Shown in pieces: positions 13,626 through 24,875 of a stretch of DNA of 64,000 nt. Each line of letters starts with the position of its first letter. The first letter of the stretch is position 1. Under the pieces are notes generated by a model. That model worked only from the letters and a program-made list of their open reading frames with translations, made no database searches and was not told where the DNA came from. Position numbers and translations under genes: made by a program. The DNA is from the human T2T-CHM13v2.0 reference genome, Homo sapiens: assembly GCF_009914755.1 (NCBI RefSeq), contig NC_060944.1. One strand, 5' to 3'.

Positions 13626-14057
13626 CATTAGTTTCCCAGGGCTGCCGTAACAAATTGCGGTTGTGGTTTAAAACAACAGAAACTTGTTCTCTCGCATTTT
13701 TGGAGGCTAGAAGCCCCAAATCAAGGTGCCCGCAGGCCAGGCTCTTCCACAGGCTCTAGAGGAGGACGCTTTCTGGCCGCTTCCAGCTTCCAGTGGCTGC
13801 TGGTCATCCTTGGTGTTCCTTGGCTTTTGGACATATCCTTCCAACCTCTGTGTCCTGTGTCACGTGGCCTTCTTCCCTCTGTGTGTCTGTGTCCTTTCTT
13901 TTAAGGACACCAGTCACTGGATTTAGCACTTACTCGATCCAGTATGACCCTATACTAACTAGTTACATCTGCAAAGACCCCATTTCCCAATAAGGTCCCA
14001 TTCACAGGGATCAGGACTTGAGGATGTCTTTTCGGGGGACACGATCCAACCCAAGCA
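13626..14057 (-). mobile_element. MLT1A-C type MaLR LTR
   Basis: ATTAGTTTCCCAGGGCTGCCGTAACAAA...TTAAAACAACAGAAAC...TTACATCTGCAAAGACCC...AATAAGGTCCCATTCACAGG. Confidence 0.85.
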
Positions 14058-14841
14058 CTTACCCAAGACAGCACAGAGATTAAATGGGAGGATGGAGATC
14101 CGAGGAGATCCAAGCCCAGCTCTGCCTGATTCCGGAGCTCCCCTGTGGTCCAGGACCCTTTACCTTGCTGTGCTCACCTGGCTGAGAGGCCTCTGCAACT
14201 GGCCAGGCCCTCAGGAACTGAATTCTGTCCCGGCCTCGGGTGCTCAGCCGAGCAGTGGAAACTGGGAGAGTAACCGAGGGCAACATGAGCATGCTTCAGT
14301 GTTTAGCGCGGATGGCTCCAGGGAGGTGCCAGGCGCTGTCTGGGAACGGGGCAGGGGTCAGGGCAGATGTCACCCAAAAGGACACTAGCTCTGAGGTGGA
14401 AGGACAAGGTGGGTTGTGTGGGGCCCAGAAGAGGGCATTCCACTTTGCATAAGCAAAGTCCTGAAGGGGACACTGGTGGCCTGGCCTGGTGGGTGCCGGT
14501 TAGGAGGGATCCAAAGCTGAATGGTGAGCAGGCAGCCTCCCGCCAGTGCATACACCCCTCCCTCCACAGCCTACGCTGAGGCGTTTGCTTTGAAATTGTT
14601 GCCAGTGAACGTGAGTGGCTGGAAGGTGGGTGTTGGCGTTGGGCGTTGGCATTGGGGATGCCTCGCTCCATCCTGGACATGTCAACATCTCTTCAAGACT
14701 CCCCTGCAACGTGGGGATGGTGATCTTCACTTAGCCAACCTCAGAGGGGATTTCAAGGCTCTGAGAGGGACTCTGGCAGCATCTAGGCTTAGAGAAGACA
14801 GGAATATGTAAACAGTGGCTATGCAGAAGAGACCTGGGGAC

Positions 14842-15130
14842 GGGACCTTATTTGGAAACAGGGTCTTTGCAGATATAATCAAGGTAAGATGAAGTCATAG
14901 TGAAATAGGTTGGGCCCAAATCCAGTATGACTGGTGTCCTTGGAAGAAGAGACACAGAGACATAGACAGACACAGACATGCAGAGAAAACGTGATGTGAT
15001 GATGGAAACTGAGATTGGTGTGACATGGCTGCAAGCCAAGGAATGCCAGTGATTGCCCAGAAGCCCAGGAGCGTGGAGAGAGGCTGGAACAGACTCTCCC
15101 TCAGAGCCTCCAAAAGGGACCAACTTTGAC
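14842..15130 (+). mobile_element. MLT1B/C MaLR LTR fragment
   Basis: CCTTATTTGGAAACAGGGTCTTTGCAGATATAATC...CAAGCCAAGGAATGCC...CTCCCTCAGAGCCTCC. Confidence 0.85.
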
Positions 15131-16432
15131 GGTTGCTCAGGATATACAGTCCCTAGTATATCCTGGGATGTTGGGATCACTGGATATACTAGGCAGGTGT
15201 CAGGGAGAGGCTTAGGCAGGAGATGGAAACTGAGAAATCTTCAGGACAGGAAGAGGCTGGATGAGCTCACGAGGGAGTGAGTAAATATGCATAGAACAAA
15301 CAGAGATCCGAGGATGCACCCTGGGGCCCTCCAGCGTTCAGGAACAGCAAAGGAGACCTCGAAGGAACAGCCAGAGAGAGGTGAAGAAGGTTAACCGTGA
15401 CTATCTCTGAGCTGTTGAATGATGGTTGATTTTTCCCCTTCTGTAACCAGCATTTATTACAATGAGAATGTGTTACTTTTTATAAACGTCTAAAAACTAA
15501 TTCTTTCTTATAAATTGACTTCTTTCATACACACCCATGGGATTATCAGCTCAGCACCTCATCTCTAAGAATAGAAAAAGAACCTTCCCAAGAACCCCTC
15601 ACCACCATTAACTTGGTGTCAGTAGAAGCAGCCATACTGTGTTATGATTATAACTTCCTGGTTTCCTTTGATTGGTCCAGAGATGAGCACAGGATTCAAG
15701 TTGAACCAATCAGTATACTTCCCTGGGAAATACTCTTTTGGGACCTACATGGTAGAATGTAAACCTTGGATGTTGCTGATGGCCATGAGAAGTTAAAGAA
15801 TCCAATCTTTTCTAGAGAGAAGAGAATGAGGCAGAGGTTCAGAGACAAGAGGTGCTTGAGTCCTGATTGCTGGGTTCCCTTGGCCTGGTTGCATGCTGCC
15901 CTTGGAGCATTCTGTCAGATTCCCCTGTATCTGAAGCTGGTTCAGGTTGGGTTTCTCTTATTCAAGACCAATAAGCCTGGTAAACACAGCACCAGCCCAC
16001 GTTCATCCAAGAGTTATGTAGCACCCACCAAATGCTGGGCACCAGGGATAAGATCTATGTTTTTGGCCTCCAGGAGTTTACATTTCAGTTGCACACAGAC
16101 CTCCTGCCTCACAGACTTATGGTTTGGCCTTGGAGGTCCACAAAGCACTTCCCTCCACATTATCTCTTGATCTTCAGGGCAACGCTATGGGATGACTCAG
16201 AAGAAGAGACTGAGTTTCAACAGACCTGTCCGAGTCCACGGCTGCAAATGACAGGCTGCTTTTACCAAAAGTTCTGGATTCTTTCGACTGCCTCCTGACT
16301 TCTGGAAACTTCAAAAATATGGAAACACTTTCTCACATATTATCTTGGGCTTCCCGACCTCTCAGGCGGTGCTCCCTCTCCTGCTGACGCCTATGCTGAG
16401 CCAAATTCTGTGCCAAATTCCAGGATCAGGCC

Positions 16433-16458
16433 GAGTCAGTACGTGCTGACTCACCAAT
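16433..16458. promoter_or_regulatory. Candidate composite HRE / ARE(AP-1) / CCAAT motif in a near-palindrome
   Basis: GAGTCAGTACGTGCTGACTCACCAAT contains TACGTG, TGCTGACTCAC and CCAAT. Motif match only. Confidence 0.3.
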
Positions 16459-17464
16459 TGCTGGCTGGGCCCGGGTTGCATCAGGGGAGTAGATATGCCC
16501 AGCTTCTCATCGGCTTCATGGTCCCCTCCCAGACCCCACTCACTAATCAGCAGTGTGGAGGTCACGCCTTCACCACACCCAGGGATTACAGTCGGAGCTG
16601 CCTGTCTAGACCCTGTTCCAGCTCCTTTGGGTCCCTATGACCCAGGCCCTAATCATGAACTGAAATTGAAATTGGAACGCCCATTCTCTGCTGCAAGTTG
16701 CAAGCTGAAAATCAGCCCAGGTGGTTAGGAGTGTCCAACTGGCTAGGTTCTCTTAAGTCTCAGAGATAGAGGATCTCCCCAGGCTGTGAGAGGAATGGAA
16801 GTGGTCCTAGGGAGTCTGGCTTTAGGAAGGTGTGTCCTGCTTTGTGAGATCTAGGACAGCTAACCATCTTGTCCATCTTTGCTAGTGGCCCTACCCCATG
16901 GAGTGTCACCATCAAACCCATCAAACTCTCTGCTCTCATGGAGCTCTCACTGGAGCTGGGGGTCACAGGAAATAACACAATGACGCATTTCACCAAAAGC
17001 TATGAAGACAACAAAGCCAAGGAGTGTGGAAAAGAATGGTTGGGAAGAGGGCCAGTGTGGATTTAGTGGTCAGGGAAAGTTTCCTGGAGGCAATGGTTTA
17101 GATCATGAGATCTAAATAACAAGAGGAGCCGGACTTGTGGCCATCTACAGGAAGAGCATCTAGGCAAGGGGGGTTGCAAGTGCAAAGACCCTGCAGTGGG
17201 AGGGAGCTCAGAGTGTTGAGCCATGAGCAGCTCCACGTGGCTGGGATGAGGGAGCCCAGGAACCATTCAGGGAGATGACGCTGGAGAGACAGAGAGGAGA
17301 GGCCAAATGATGCACGGCTTGGAGGCCCAGGGAAGGAGACTGGGCTTCATTCTGAGACAATGAGAAGCTACTGGAAGATTTCAGCACAGGGTGACAGTGG
17401 CCATGCCAACTCCCCTGGGAAGACTAAAACCGAGGGCCCGGAGAGGGACCACATTCCCACCAAA

Positions 17465-19595
17465 AGTTGTTATTTTCTGGGCTTTTTAATAGTAGCCATT
17501 CTAATCGATGTGAGGTGATATCTCACTGTGGTTTTTGATTTGCATTTCTCTGATGAGTAGTGATGTTGAAGCATCTTTTCATGTATTTCTTGGTCATTTG
17601 TATATTATGTTTACGGAAATGTCTATTCAAGTCTTTTGCCCACTTTAAAATCAGGTTACATGATTTTTGTTGCTGAGTTGTAGTTCTTTTTATATTTAGA
17701 TACTAACGTCTTATCAGATATATGGTTTACAAATATATTCTCTTATTCTGCCTCTTATTACCTTTTCTCTTATTACCTTTTCTGATTGTGTCCTTTGAGG
17801 AAAAAGTTTTTAACTTTAAATTAGTCTCATTTGTGTATTTTTGCTTTTTTTGTCTGTGCTTGTAGTGTCATATCCAAGACCAAATTCGTGTCATGAGGAT
17901 TGCCCCCCTAAGTTTTTTCTAGGAGTTTTAAACATTTGGGTTTTTTGTTTAGATATATAATCCCTTTAATTTTTATACACAGTCTAAGATAAAGACCCAA
18001 CTTCATTCTTTTGCACTTGGATATCCAGTTTTCCCAACACAATTTGTTGAAGAGACTGTCCTTTTCCCATTGAATGGGCTTAGCATCCTGTTGAAGATCA
18101 GTTGAGTATACATATAAAGGTTTATTTCTAGACTGTTTATTCCATTCCATTTGTTTATGTAACTGTCTTTATGCCAGTACCACACTGTTTTGATTACTGT
18201 GGCTTTGTAATATGTTATGAAATCGGGAAGTGTGAGTCATCCAACTCTGTTATTTTTCTTCAAAGCTTTTTGGCTATTCAGATTCCTTTGAGATTCCACA
18301 GGAATTTTAGGGTGTTTTTTTTAGTTTTGCAAAACATGCCATGGGGCATTTTGATAAGGATGGCACTGAATCTGTAGGTGACATCTTAAGAATTTAAGTC
18401 TTCCAATACATGAGCATGGGATGTTATACCATTCCTTTGTGTCTTCTTTAATTTCTTGTGCAATGTTTTATAGTTTTCAGTGTACAAGTCTTTTACCTCC
18501 TTGGTTAGGTTTATTCTTAATATTTATTCTTTTTGATACTATTGTAAATGGAATTTTTTAAAAAATTCCTTTTCTAAATGTTCATTGATAATGTATAGAA
18601 ATGCAACTGATTTCTGTGTGTTAATTTTGCATCCTGAAACCTCACTGAATTTATTTATCAGTTCTAACAGCTTTTTTTGTGGAATCCTTATGGTTGTTTA
18701 CATATGAGATTATGTCCTCTGTAAACAGGAACAATTTTATTTCTTCCTCTCTGATTTGAATGCTTTTTATTTCTTTTCCTTGCCTAAGTGCTCTGGCTAG
18801 AACTTCCAATACTATGTTAAACAGAAGTAGCAAGAAAGGCATATTTGCCCTGTTCTTGATTTTGGAGAAAAAGGTTTCAGTCTTTCAATGTTGGTTATGG
18901 TGTTAGCTGTGGGCTTTTTAGCTATAGCCTTTATTGTGTTGAAGTAGTTTTCTTCTATTCCTAGTTTATTAAGTATCTTTATCATGAAAGGATGTTAAAT
19001 TTGTCAAATGCTTTTCTGCATCATTTGAGATGATTAGGGTTTTTTTTTTCCCCTTCATTCTGTTAATGTGGTGTATCACACTGATTTATTTTCATATGTT
19101 GAGCCATCCTTGCATTCCAGGAACAAATTCCATTTGGTCATGATGTATAATCATTTTACTATACTGTTGAATTCAGTTTGCTGGTATTTTGTTGAGGATA
19201 ATTACTTCAATATTCATCAGCGACATGAATCTCTAGTTTTCTTTCCTTGTAGTGTCGTTGTCTGGCTTGGTATCAGAGTAATGCTGACCTCATAGAATGA
19301 GCTTGGAAGTGTACTCTCCTCTTCAATTTTTTGGAGGAGTTTAAAAAGGATTGGCAGTAATTCTTCAAGTGTTTGCCAGAATGCTCCAGTGAAGTCATCT
19401 GGACTTGGGCATTTTTGTTGCTGGGAGGTTTTTTATTACTGATCCAAAATCCTTACTAATATTAGTCTGTTCAGGTTTTCTATTCCTTCATGATTCAATC
19501 TATGTAGCTTGTGTGTTTCTAGGAATTTATTTATGAAAATCACAGGAAGTAGCAGATTATTCATTTCTACTAAGTTATCCAACTCGTTGGCATAG
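17465..19595 (-). mobile_element. Degenerate L1M (L1MA/MB-type) LINE, ORF2 RT and C-terminal portion
   Basis: ORF-track peptides LLFNIVLEVLARALRQGKEIKSIQI...LFLFTEDII (RT region, decayed FADD) and QWEKDSLFNKLCWENWISKCKRMKL, WYWHKD. Multiple stops and frameshifts. Confidence 0.93.
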
Positions 19596-19599
19596 AATG

Positions 19600-19735
19600 C
19601 ATATTTTAAACAACTAGCAAACTTGTTGAAAATGCACATTCTTGAGTTCCCCCAAGAATGTTGACTCATAGGTATCCACTGGGGTCTGGTGGGGGGATAG
19701 TGCATTTTGAAGCTCTCCATCCAGGGGATTCTGAC
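19600..19735. mobile_element. MER5-type MITE fragment
   Basis: AACTTGTTGAAAATGCACATTCTTGAG...TGCATTTTGAAGCTCTCC...GATTCTGA. Confidence 0.55.
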
Positions 19736-20369
19736 TTTCCCTGAGCAGCAGAGAATATCTCCCTGGCCCCTTAAGAACAGAAATCATGCTGTGCCTGCCT
19801 CCCCCTTCCTTCCCTGCTTAGTCATACCTCTTCCACCTTAGATCTGAGTCCTCAGACCCCTGGCAGCCCACAGCCACAAAGTCATGTTTTTGTTACTTTG
19901 TCCCAGTTTTCCCCTCTGACTTAGACTTAAAATCTGCTGAATTATCCAGAACTCCAACTATCCTAGGGCTCAAATAACCTGGAATGTTTTTTCACACTCC
20001 TTTCCCATTGATCTGGAAAGTCTGAGGGTTTCCTATGTACCTTGGGGATTCTCAAGAGGGAGGGATGCTTAGTGTCACCCCGGTATGGTGTGTGTGGATT
20101 TTTACCCTGCCAACTTTTAATCCTGTGGAATCAAGCATGGGTTCCTGGCACAGTGGCAATTTAGGAAATTTGTGTATCCATTTAATCAGAGCACTGTGTG
20201 CAGAGAGAGGCCAAATTTAGGGCCAAGTTGAGAATAAGGGGAATAAGTTTGCTTTCTGAGTTTTTCTCACTAGTCTCTCCAGAGAGAGACTCTCCTCTGT
20301 CCCCTCCTGCTTTACAACCCAATGTCTGCCCATTGGCACCCATCACTTCCTGAATTCTTAGTTCTTCAT

Positions 20370-20510
20370 TTTGTCATTACCTGTTTCCCACACTGGAGTG
20401 TACACCTCCATGGGGGCAGGGAACACACCTGTCTTGTTCACCAGTGTATTCTCAGCACTATCCCAGGGCCTGGTGCACAGTATATGCTCAATAAATGTGT
20501 GTTGAATGAG
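20370..20510 (+). mobile_element. L2 3' end
   Basis: GGGGCAGGGAAC...GTCTTGTTCACCAGTG...CCTGGTGCACAGTATATGCTCAATAAATGTGTGTTGAATGA. Confidence 0.8.
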
Positions 20511-21429
20511 GATACAGTGAGCAAATGCACAGCTTTTGGTTTTTGTTCCCCTTCACTGAGCTTCCCATTGAAGCTGGTAGGGCACCTTTGGCAAAAGCCA
20601 TCCTAGTGCTCCAGAGAGACAGAAGGTGTCTTCATCTGGCTTAGCTTCCATTTTCTCAACTAAAAAAATGGAAGCAATAAAATATACCTTGTAGGGGTCT
20701 TGTGAGGGTCAAAGGAGATCTCATCAGTAAAAAGTCCAACAAGTGACAGATACTGGAAGCTGTTGTCAAAGTGAATGAATGAATAAATAAATAAATCTGA
20801 AAGACAAAAGCCTCATTGTAAGCAGTCAGTCACTCTGGACAGTCTAATGCTTTCAGCCCCACCTTCTGGCTGCTCCAAGGAATAGAAGGATCATGGATGT
20901 TCCAGCATTCTGGCCCCTTGGAGGTCATCTGCCACATGTTGTTCCATGAAATGGACCAGGTCAGATATGAGTCACCTGCCAAGGATGCCAAGTCCAGTGG
21001 ATACCTCTCCAGCAACCAAACATCTACATGATCCAAGAGGCTAGCTCAGAGGCTGGGGGATGCTGCTTGAGATATTTTGCAGAGCATCTTCAGGAAAATG
21101 TCAAGCTGCTGTGCCCTCAGAGTGCTCTCTGCTCCTAGGTGAAATATTACAGCATGGGCCAGTGTTGTCGTTAGCTCTCCAATCAAGCCATGAGTACACT
21201 CACCTTGGAGCCTTTGCATGTGACATTCTTCCTGCCTGGGACACACTTCCCATGACCTCAGCTTAAATGTAGCCTCCTCCAGGAAGCATTCATTGATCCC
21301 TCCAGCCCCAGGCTGAATCAGGGCCCCTGTGCATCCCATACCACAGGTTTCTAACTGCCTGGGGACCTGAAGAGCCGAGCCTCCCTTCAATTATGAGAAC
21401 TGTTGGTGCCATCATGAGGGTCACTGCGA

Positions 21430-21615
21430 GATCCAGGCTCTGGGGTCAGGCACCCCTGAGAGTGAATCCCTGCCCATCACTTCCCACCTGGGAGATGCTG
21501 GGTACCACCCTGACCTCTCCAAGCCTCAGTCTCCTCTCAAATGGGGCAGGTGATTTCTACCTGGGATGTACACAAGATGCCACCAAGCATCAAAGCCTCA
21601 GCAGCACCTGGCACA
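21430..21615 (+). mobile_element. MIR
   Basis: GGCTCTGGGGTCAGGC...TGAATCCC...CCTCAGTCTCCTC...AGCACCTGGCACA. Confidence 0.6.
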
Positions 21616-22349
21616 CATGTGTCCTGTTCATCCTGTAGGCAGGATCACAGACAGCAAGGCACCCGTCACCCACTCCTGCCCTGGAACTTCAGCTTCATGA
21701 AATCTAGATTCTTGGGGCTAACGCTGGTGAATTTTTAAAAGATGCAACAAGCCTAGATTTACTAAATGTGAAGTTCCAGGGTGGGATCTGGAGTGTGTGC
21801 ACATTTGAGGGGAGTTCCCACCGGGAGCCCAATACTGGATGTCCTATGGCCAGGCTCCTGTCTGGTCTGCGTGGTCCTTAATCTCAGTTTTCTGTGCTGA
21901 GAACACCAGGATGTCCACCCGTCTGCCAAGGGCTCTCTGCCAGCAGCTGCCAGGAGGGCTCTGAAGTCATACCTGTGGACATGTCCAGGTGCCCTCTGCT
22001 GCTTGCTTCAGTGAAGCCTAAATGTGGCTTCGTGAGCATCCACAGACGCTAGGCAGCCAAGAACTTCCAGAAACAGACGTGGGTGTGGGAGGGCAGGGCA
22101 GGGACCTGGTTCTGCACACAGACACACAGGTGGGGTCCTGTGCATGCAGAATTCTCCCCTTCTGTGACTCCCAGATTTGGGGGACCCTGAAGACTTGGGG
22201 TTTGGAGTGGCACTGGGGGACACTGACAGAAGGTAGTGGTTTTGCAAGAGACAGCTGTCCCGCCGAGACGGGTGGGCTGTCATGTGGCCAGCAGGATCCC
22301 ATCCCCTTTTCTCCCAGGTCACCCCAGCACTCTGTATGGGCCTGTGAGA

Positions 22350-22830
22350 TGCTGAGTGACATTGATTTCTTGAGCACTCACCGAGCCCAGGCACTGGGGC
22401 TACAGCAGTGAACACAGCTGACAAGATCCCTCCCTTTAGGGGGGCAGATGGAAAGTCATCAAGAAAGCTATGTGAAGCGTGAGGAGCACCGGGTGGTGGT
22501 GAGGGCCACGGAGGCAGATGGAGTGAGGGGAGGAAACAGAAGTGCAGGTGCTGCTCCAAACAGAGTGGCTGGGGTGGGGAGGCCAGGAGGGGAGCTGGTG
22601 AGCATATGGCGGATGCAGGGCAAGGGGCTCCGGCTGGCCCAAGGGGATGGCACATGCAAGGCCCTCAGGCAGGCACGGGCCAGGGATCTGGGGGCAGGGA
22701 GGGGCCGCTGTGGCTGGAACAGAGCAGGCGAGGGGAGCATGGAGGAGGTGAAGTCGGGCTGGGGGAGGGGAAGGATTTGGCAGGCAGAGCGGGGACCTTG
22801 GGGTTCACTCTGAAAGGAGGGCATCCCCTG
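22350..22830 (-). mobile_element. L2 fragment
   Basis: TTGAGCACTCACCGAGCCCAGGCACTGGGGCTACAGCAGTGAACA...GCACATGCAAGGCCCTCAGGCAGG...GTGGCTGGAACAGAG. Confidence 0.65.
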
Positions 22831-22939
22831 TAAGGCCAAGGTTGCTGGGGATGCGTCTGTCCCTCACAGTCTCAAAAGTGTTCCCGGTGTCCCCAAGGGT
22901 CTGAGTGGTCACGAGACTCTCAGGAAGACCTCCTGCTGA

Positions 22940-23432
22940 GTATGTCTGAGTGTGAGATGTATGCATGTGCACAGTGTGTACACGAGTGAGTGTGAATGTA
23001 TGTGACTGTATGTGTGGGTATACATGTTAGTGTGTGTACACACCTATGTGTATGTGTACATGAGTGTAAGCATACATGAGAGCATGTGTGAGTGTGTGCA
23101 TGTGAGTATATGAGTGCACATGCATGTGTACATGAGTGAGGGTGTGTACCTGTATGTGAGTGTAAATGTGTGTGCGTGCATGCTTGCATGTGTGCATGTG
23201 TGTGCATGTGTGTGAGTGTGTGCACATGTGAATGTATGTAGGTGTGTGTGTGCGTATGTGTATGTGGGTGTGTGTTTGTGTGCATGTGTGTATGTGTGCG
23301 TGTGTGCACACGTGTGTGCATGTGTGTACGTGCGTGCGTGCATGTGTATGTGTGTGTGCACGTTTGTGTGTGTGCACGTGTGTGCATGTGTGTGCGTGCG
23401 TGTGTGTGTGTGCGTGCGTGTGTGTGTGTGTG
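22940..23432. repeat. ~490-bp degenerate (TG)n/(TGCA) alternating purine-pyrimidine tract
   Basis: Continuous GTGTGCATGTGTGTGCACGTGTG-type sequence that becomes purer toward the 3' end. Confidence 0.95.
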
Positions 23433-23882
23433 CAGAGAGGCACTGGGGAGTCTGGGTAAAGGGGCTGCAGGACTTCTGCAATCACACCCGTCACCCTAAT
23501 ACCTCAGTGCAGATTTTCTAAGATCAAAGACATTCCCCTAAATAGAATTACTCAAATCAGAAAACCCAGCCTCGATATAACTCTGTAGCCTCCAGGCCCT
23601 GTCCAAGTTCCACCAGCTGCCCCATGAGTAACTTTTATAGCAGTTTCTTCCCATCCAAGATCAGATGCAGGCTCAGGCATTGCCTTACTTGCCACATCCC
23701 TTGGCCTCCTGTCATCTGAGTGACGCCCCGGCCTTCCTTGGTTGTTGGTGACACTGGCCCCTTTGCCAAGGGCAGGCAGGGCATCTGGCCCCATCCTCAC
23801 TCTGGCTGCTCTGCTGCATGTCCCACTGTATCCAGGCTGTCTGGCTGGATTCATTTGCAGTGTGTTAATTTCACCCCCAAAG

Positions 23883-24483
23883 TGGCTTGAATGGTGGCCT
23901 CCAAAAAGATGTGTCCATGCCCTAACCCAGAAGCCTGTGACTGTCACCTGATTGGGAAAAGGGTCTTTGCAGATGTAATCAAGTTAAGGATCTTGAGATG
24001 AAACTATCCTGGGTATCTGGATGGGCCCTAAGTCCAGCACCAAGTGTCTTTGTAACACACAGAGGAGAGACAGAGAGGAGGCGACAGCCGTGTGAGGACA
24101 GGCAGAGACCTGAGTGAGGCCACCGCAGCCAAGGAACGCTGGCAGCCACCAGAGGCTGGGAGAGGCAAGAAAAGAGCCTCTCTCGGGCCTCCAGAGGGAG
24201 CGCAGCCCCACTCAACCTCGGGCTTCTGGCCTCTAGAACTGAGAGAGGCTCCCTTGCTGGAGCCCAGCACATGTTGTCAGCGGTAGGGGAGCTGACCTCT
24301 CCTACCCGAGGCCACCCAAATGCTAGTAGCTTCTCCCACACACCCCCGGCCAAGGCCAGAAACATTGGATGCCTCAAGATGTCTTGACATATCCTAGGCT
24401 GTGGCGGCCACCCCAAAATGGGAAGTTGTTTTAAGCCCCTCTGTGGATGGTGACTTGTCTCACAGCCCTGGGAAATCCGCACA
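23883..24483 (+). mobile_element. MLT1B/C MaLR LTR interrupted near its 3' end by a ~175-bp non-LTR insert
   Basis: TGAATGGTGGCCTCCAAAAAGATGTGTCC...CTTCTGGCCTCTAGAACTGAGAGAG [insert 24248-24425] TTGTTTTAAGCCC...CAGCCCTGGGAAATCCGCACA. Confidence 0.85.
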
Positions 24484-24875
24484 ACCTCTGCTTTCTCTCA
24501 GGTCGGTTCTACGGCCACTCTTCCTATAATGCCGTTCACAAAGGTGACAACTCAGTCCTCGACTGTCAGCAAACAGTCCCGCTCCCACAGTCTGAGGCCA
24601 CGTGTCTTTGGATGAGGGGATGTCTTCTCCATCCAGAGGAGTGACCAGGGGAGGAGACCATGATGGTGGAGCTGCTGGGTGACAGAATGGACAACTGGCC
24701 TGGGAAAGACCCCGCTTCCCATTTTGGGGTGGCCGCCACAGCCTAGGATATGTCAAGACATCTTGAGCCATCCAATGTTTCTGGCCTCGACCACGGGTGG
24801 GTCAGAGAAGCCACTAGCATTTGGTGGCCCTTGGGTAAGGAGAGGCCAGCTCCCCTACCACTGACATGTGCTGGG
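24263..24875. repeat. Inverted repeat: arms 24263-24425 and 24715-24875, 289-bp spacer
   Basis: 24353-24425 is the reverse complement of 24715-24787 at 72/73 positions. The outer arm parts match with several substitutions and indels. Confidence 0.95.

Noticed and set aside
13626-15130. Inverted MLT1 pair as a single composite element or hairpin
   Set aside because: Two independent old LTR insertions with only family-level similarity; no shared TSD.
17465-19595. Active L1 or functional reverse transcriptase
   Set aside because: Truncated at both ends, with many stops and frameshifts and the catalytic FADD decayed to FTED.
22920-23521. HT/CV-rich ORFs of 75-155 aa
   Set aside because: Artefacts of the (TG)n tract.
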